Assembly (NCBI GenBank): GCA_044892525.1
Contig: CM097886.1
Location: 120,962,001 to 121,026,000, forward strand
From: Schmidtea polychroa
Lineage: Eukaryota
Reading direction: 5' to 3'
DNA: 64,000 bases
Shown here piece after piece: positions 62,623-64,000 of this stretch (positions within the stretch are counted from its first letter, which is position 1; every line of letters starts with the position of its first letter). A model generated the notes under the pieces. The model ran no database searches, had not been told where the DNA came from, and saw nothing but the letters and a program-made list of their open reading frames with translations. The position numbers were made by a program, and so were the translations under genes.

Positions 62623-63209
62623 TTATAGGCTGAGTCGGAAGGTACTGGATCGAATTAAGTATTAGTCGAAGTCTAAGTAGATTTTTAACTGCGGATGTGC
62701 TAATGTTTCTGGTTTCTGAATCGAATTCCTGTAGGTCGCTGTTGTCTGTAAAATTTTGGAGTTAACTGTGTACTATAGAAATTTCACTTACCTGTAAAAT
62801 TTTGGAGTTAACTGTAATTTTAATGATTTTGGTGCCTGTTTATATAGTAATTTTTTATTTGTGCGGACCAATCAGAATTGAGTACCGCTTAATTTTGTTA
62901 CTTTAATTAATTTTTCTTGTTTTTTGGTTATTTCTTCCTATTTTCTTTATTTTTAATATATTTTCTATTTATTTTCTTTAATTTCCTTATTATTTACTGA
63001 ATTCTACGTTATTTTCCGTCATTCTATTGTCCTATTTTAATTTATTTTATTTTTATAATTTTTGTTTTAATTCTTATTTTCTAATTATTGTTTTTCTTAT
63101 ATCTTACTCTATTTTATTCGTAAATTTGTTATTTTATTTTTACTTTCCTCGCATCCTGCTTATTTTACTCTCTTAATTTTCAAAATTAATTTTCCGACTC
63201 AGCCCAACA
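62623..63209 (-). promoter_or_regulatory. LTR-like promoter module P3
   Basis: Starts TGTTGGGCTGAGTCGGAA. ATTGG at 62872-62868, CTATATAAA at 62847-62839, donor-like CAG|GTAAGT at ~62792. 13-bp inverted repeat GGCTGAGTCGGAA at both ends. Confidence 0.6.
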
Positions 63210-63483
63210 AATCACTCGGGGACCCATCAAAATTGCGTCCCGCAATTGCATACTGAACTTACTTCATACATTCCATAAAAACTTAAAATCAATAACAAAA
63301 TGGTACAACATAAAATTTATTAATAAGATATAGGTCAAAACAAGACCAAGTAAGCATCACTTAAGGTGATAGTTCATATACAAAAATACAAAATAGTGTG
63401 CAATACAATTGTCGTATGGATGGATTGCTCTGATGGTTTGGTTGGAGAGTTTGGTGCATTTGGAGATTGATGTTATGGTAAGT

Positions 63484-63999
63484 TCAACGACTGGATGATG
63501 GTTGGGAAGATTCATTACTAGATATTCTGGGTGGACTTGTGATGGTGTTGGTCATTTCGGTTAGGTTTTGTTGGGTGTTGTTTGGTTTCGAGTTCTGACA
63601 TTTTTTCTTCATTTCATAGATTTTTAAGAGGGTTATCAGGCATAATAAGATAGTTTCTGCGATCACCACATACATGAGATAATGGGTGTCGCTGGTTTCT
63701 GGAGGTGTTTCTGTGCTTTCTGCGAGATTTCCAAGATTTTCTTGTTGCACTTGTTGCTCCAACTGGTCGAATTGTTGGATTTGTTCGAGTATTCGTTTGT
63801 CTATCATTTGACACATGGGATTCTTTTTACACATTGTTCTGATGTTGTTGACATATGGTCGGACTGATTGAAGGTTATGGATGATGTTGGTTTTTATTAC
63901 ATTGGGGTATGTGCATTGGCAGGACTCTTGTATGGGTTTGTGGTTCGGATTTCGGAAATCTCGTACACTTTTCGGTTGGGTATTGGTTTGTTGGCTTTC
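63484..63999 (-). CDS. 3' end of a type-I membrane (env-like) ORF, open to the window edge
   Basis: Frame open from 63999: Cys-containing segment, Gln-rich helix, hydrophobic YLMYVVIAETILLCLITLL, basic KIYEMKKK, then a Ser/Thr-rich tail. Confidence 0.55.
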   Translation of the reverse strand, partial: ESQQTNTQPKSVRDFRNPNHKPIQESCQCTYPNVIKTNIIHNLQSVRPYVNNIRTMCKKNPMCQMIDKRILEQIQQFDQLEQQVQQENLGNLAESTETPPETSDTHYLMYVVIAETILLCLITLLKIYEMKKKCQNSKPNNTQQNLTEMTNTITSPPRISSNESSQPSSSR

Positions 64000-64000
64000 C

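Overview
Very AT-rich, intron-bearing eukaryotic DNA, probably from an invertebrate (inference from spliceosomal splice signals, metazoan-type tRNA primer-binding sites and the TE spectrum). No ordinary host gene was found; the window is a nest of transposable elements. (1) At least eight hAT elements or remnants: two have intact transposases (27010-28911; 48275-50181 with a 68-nt intron) and four have both TIRs and 8-bp TSDs. There are also MULE, pogo/Tigger, piggyBac-type MITE, Merlin, Penelope-like and Helitron-like fragments. (2) A ~14.2-kb foldback element (8439-22657) with 3.5/4.5-kb inverted arms splits a Ty3/gypsy gag in frame. (3) Inside it is a complete, young, gag-only BEL/Pao element (12055-16781; 877-bp LTRs identical by eye, 5-bp TSD, tRNA-iMet PBS). 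Its gag carries an exact 76-residue ubiquitin domain, and its LTR encodes an unknown ORF in frame with gag. (4) The most novel signal is a recurring ~3.5-kb cassette: an LTR-like CCAAT/TATA module, then ~2 kb, then a splice acceptor immediately before an unknown CxxC/coiled-coil/Arg-rich ORF (four diverged copies), then a ~140-nt structured RNA motif with covarying stems (six copies). One cassette lies directly downstream of an env-like transmembrane ORF. This suggests, by inference only, a Rev/Rex-like protein plus response-element module of an uncharacterised retroelement.
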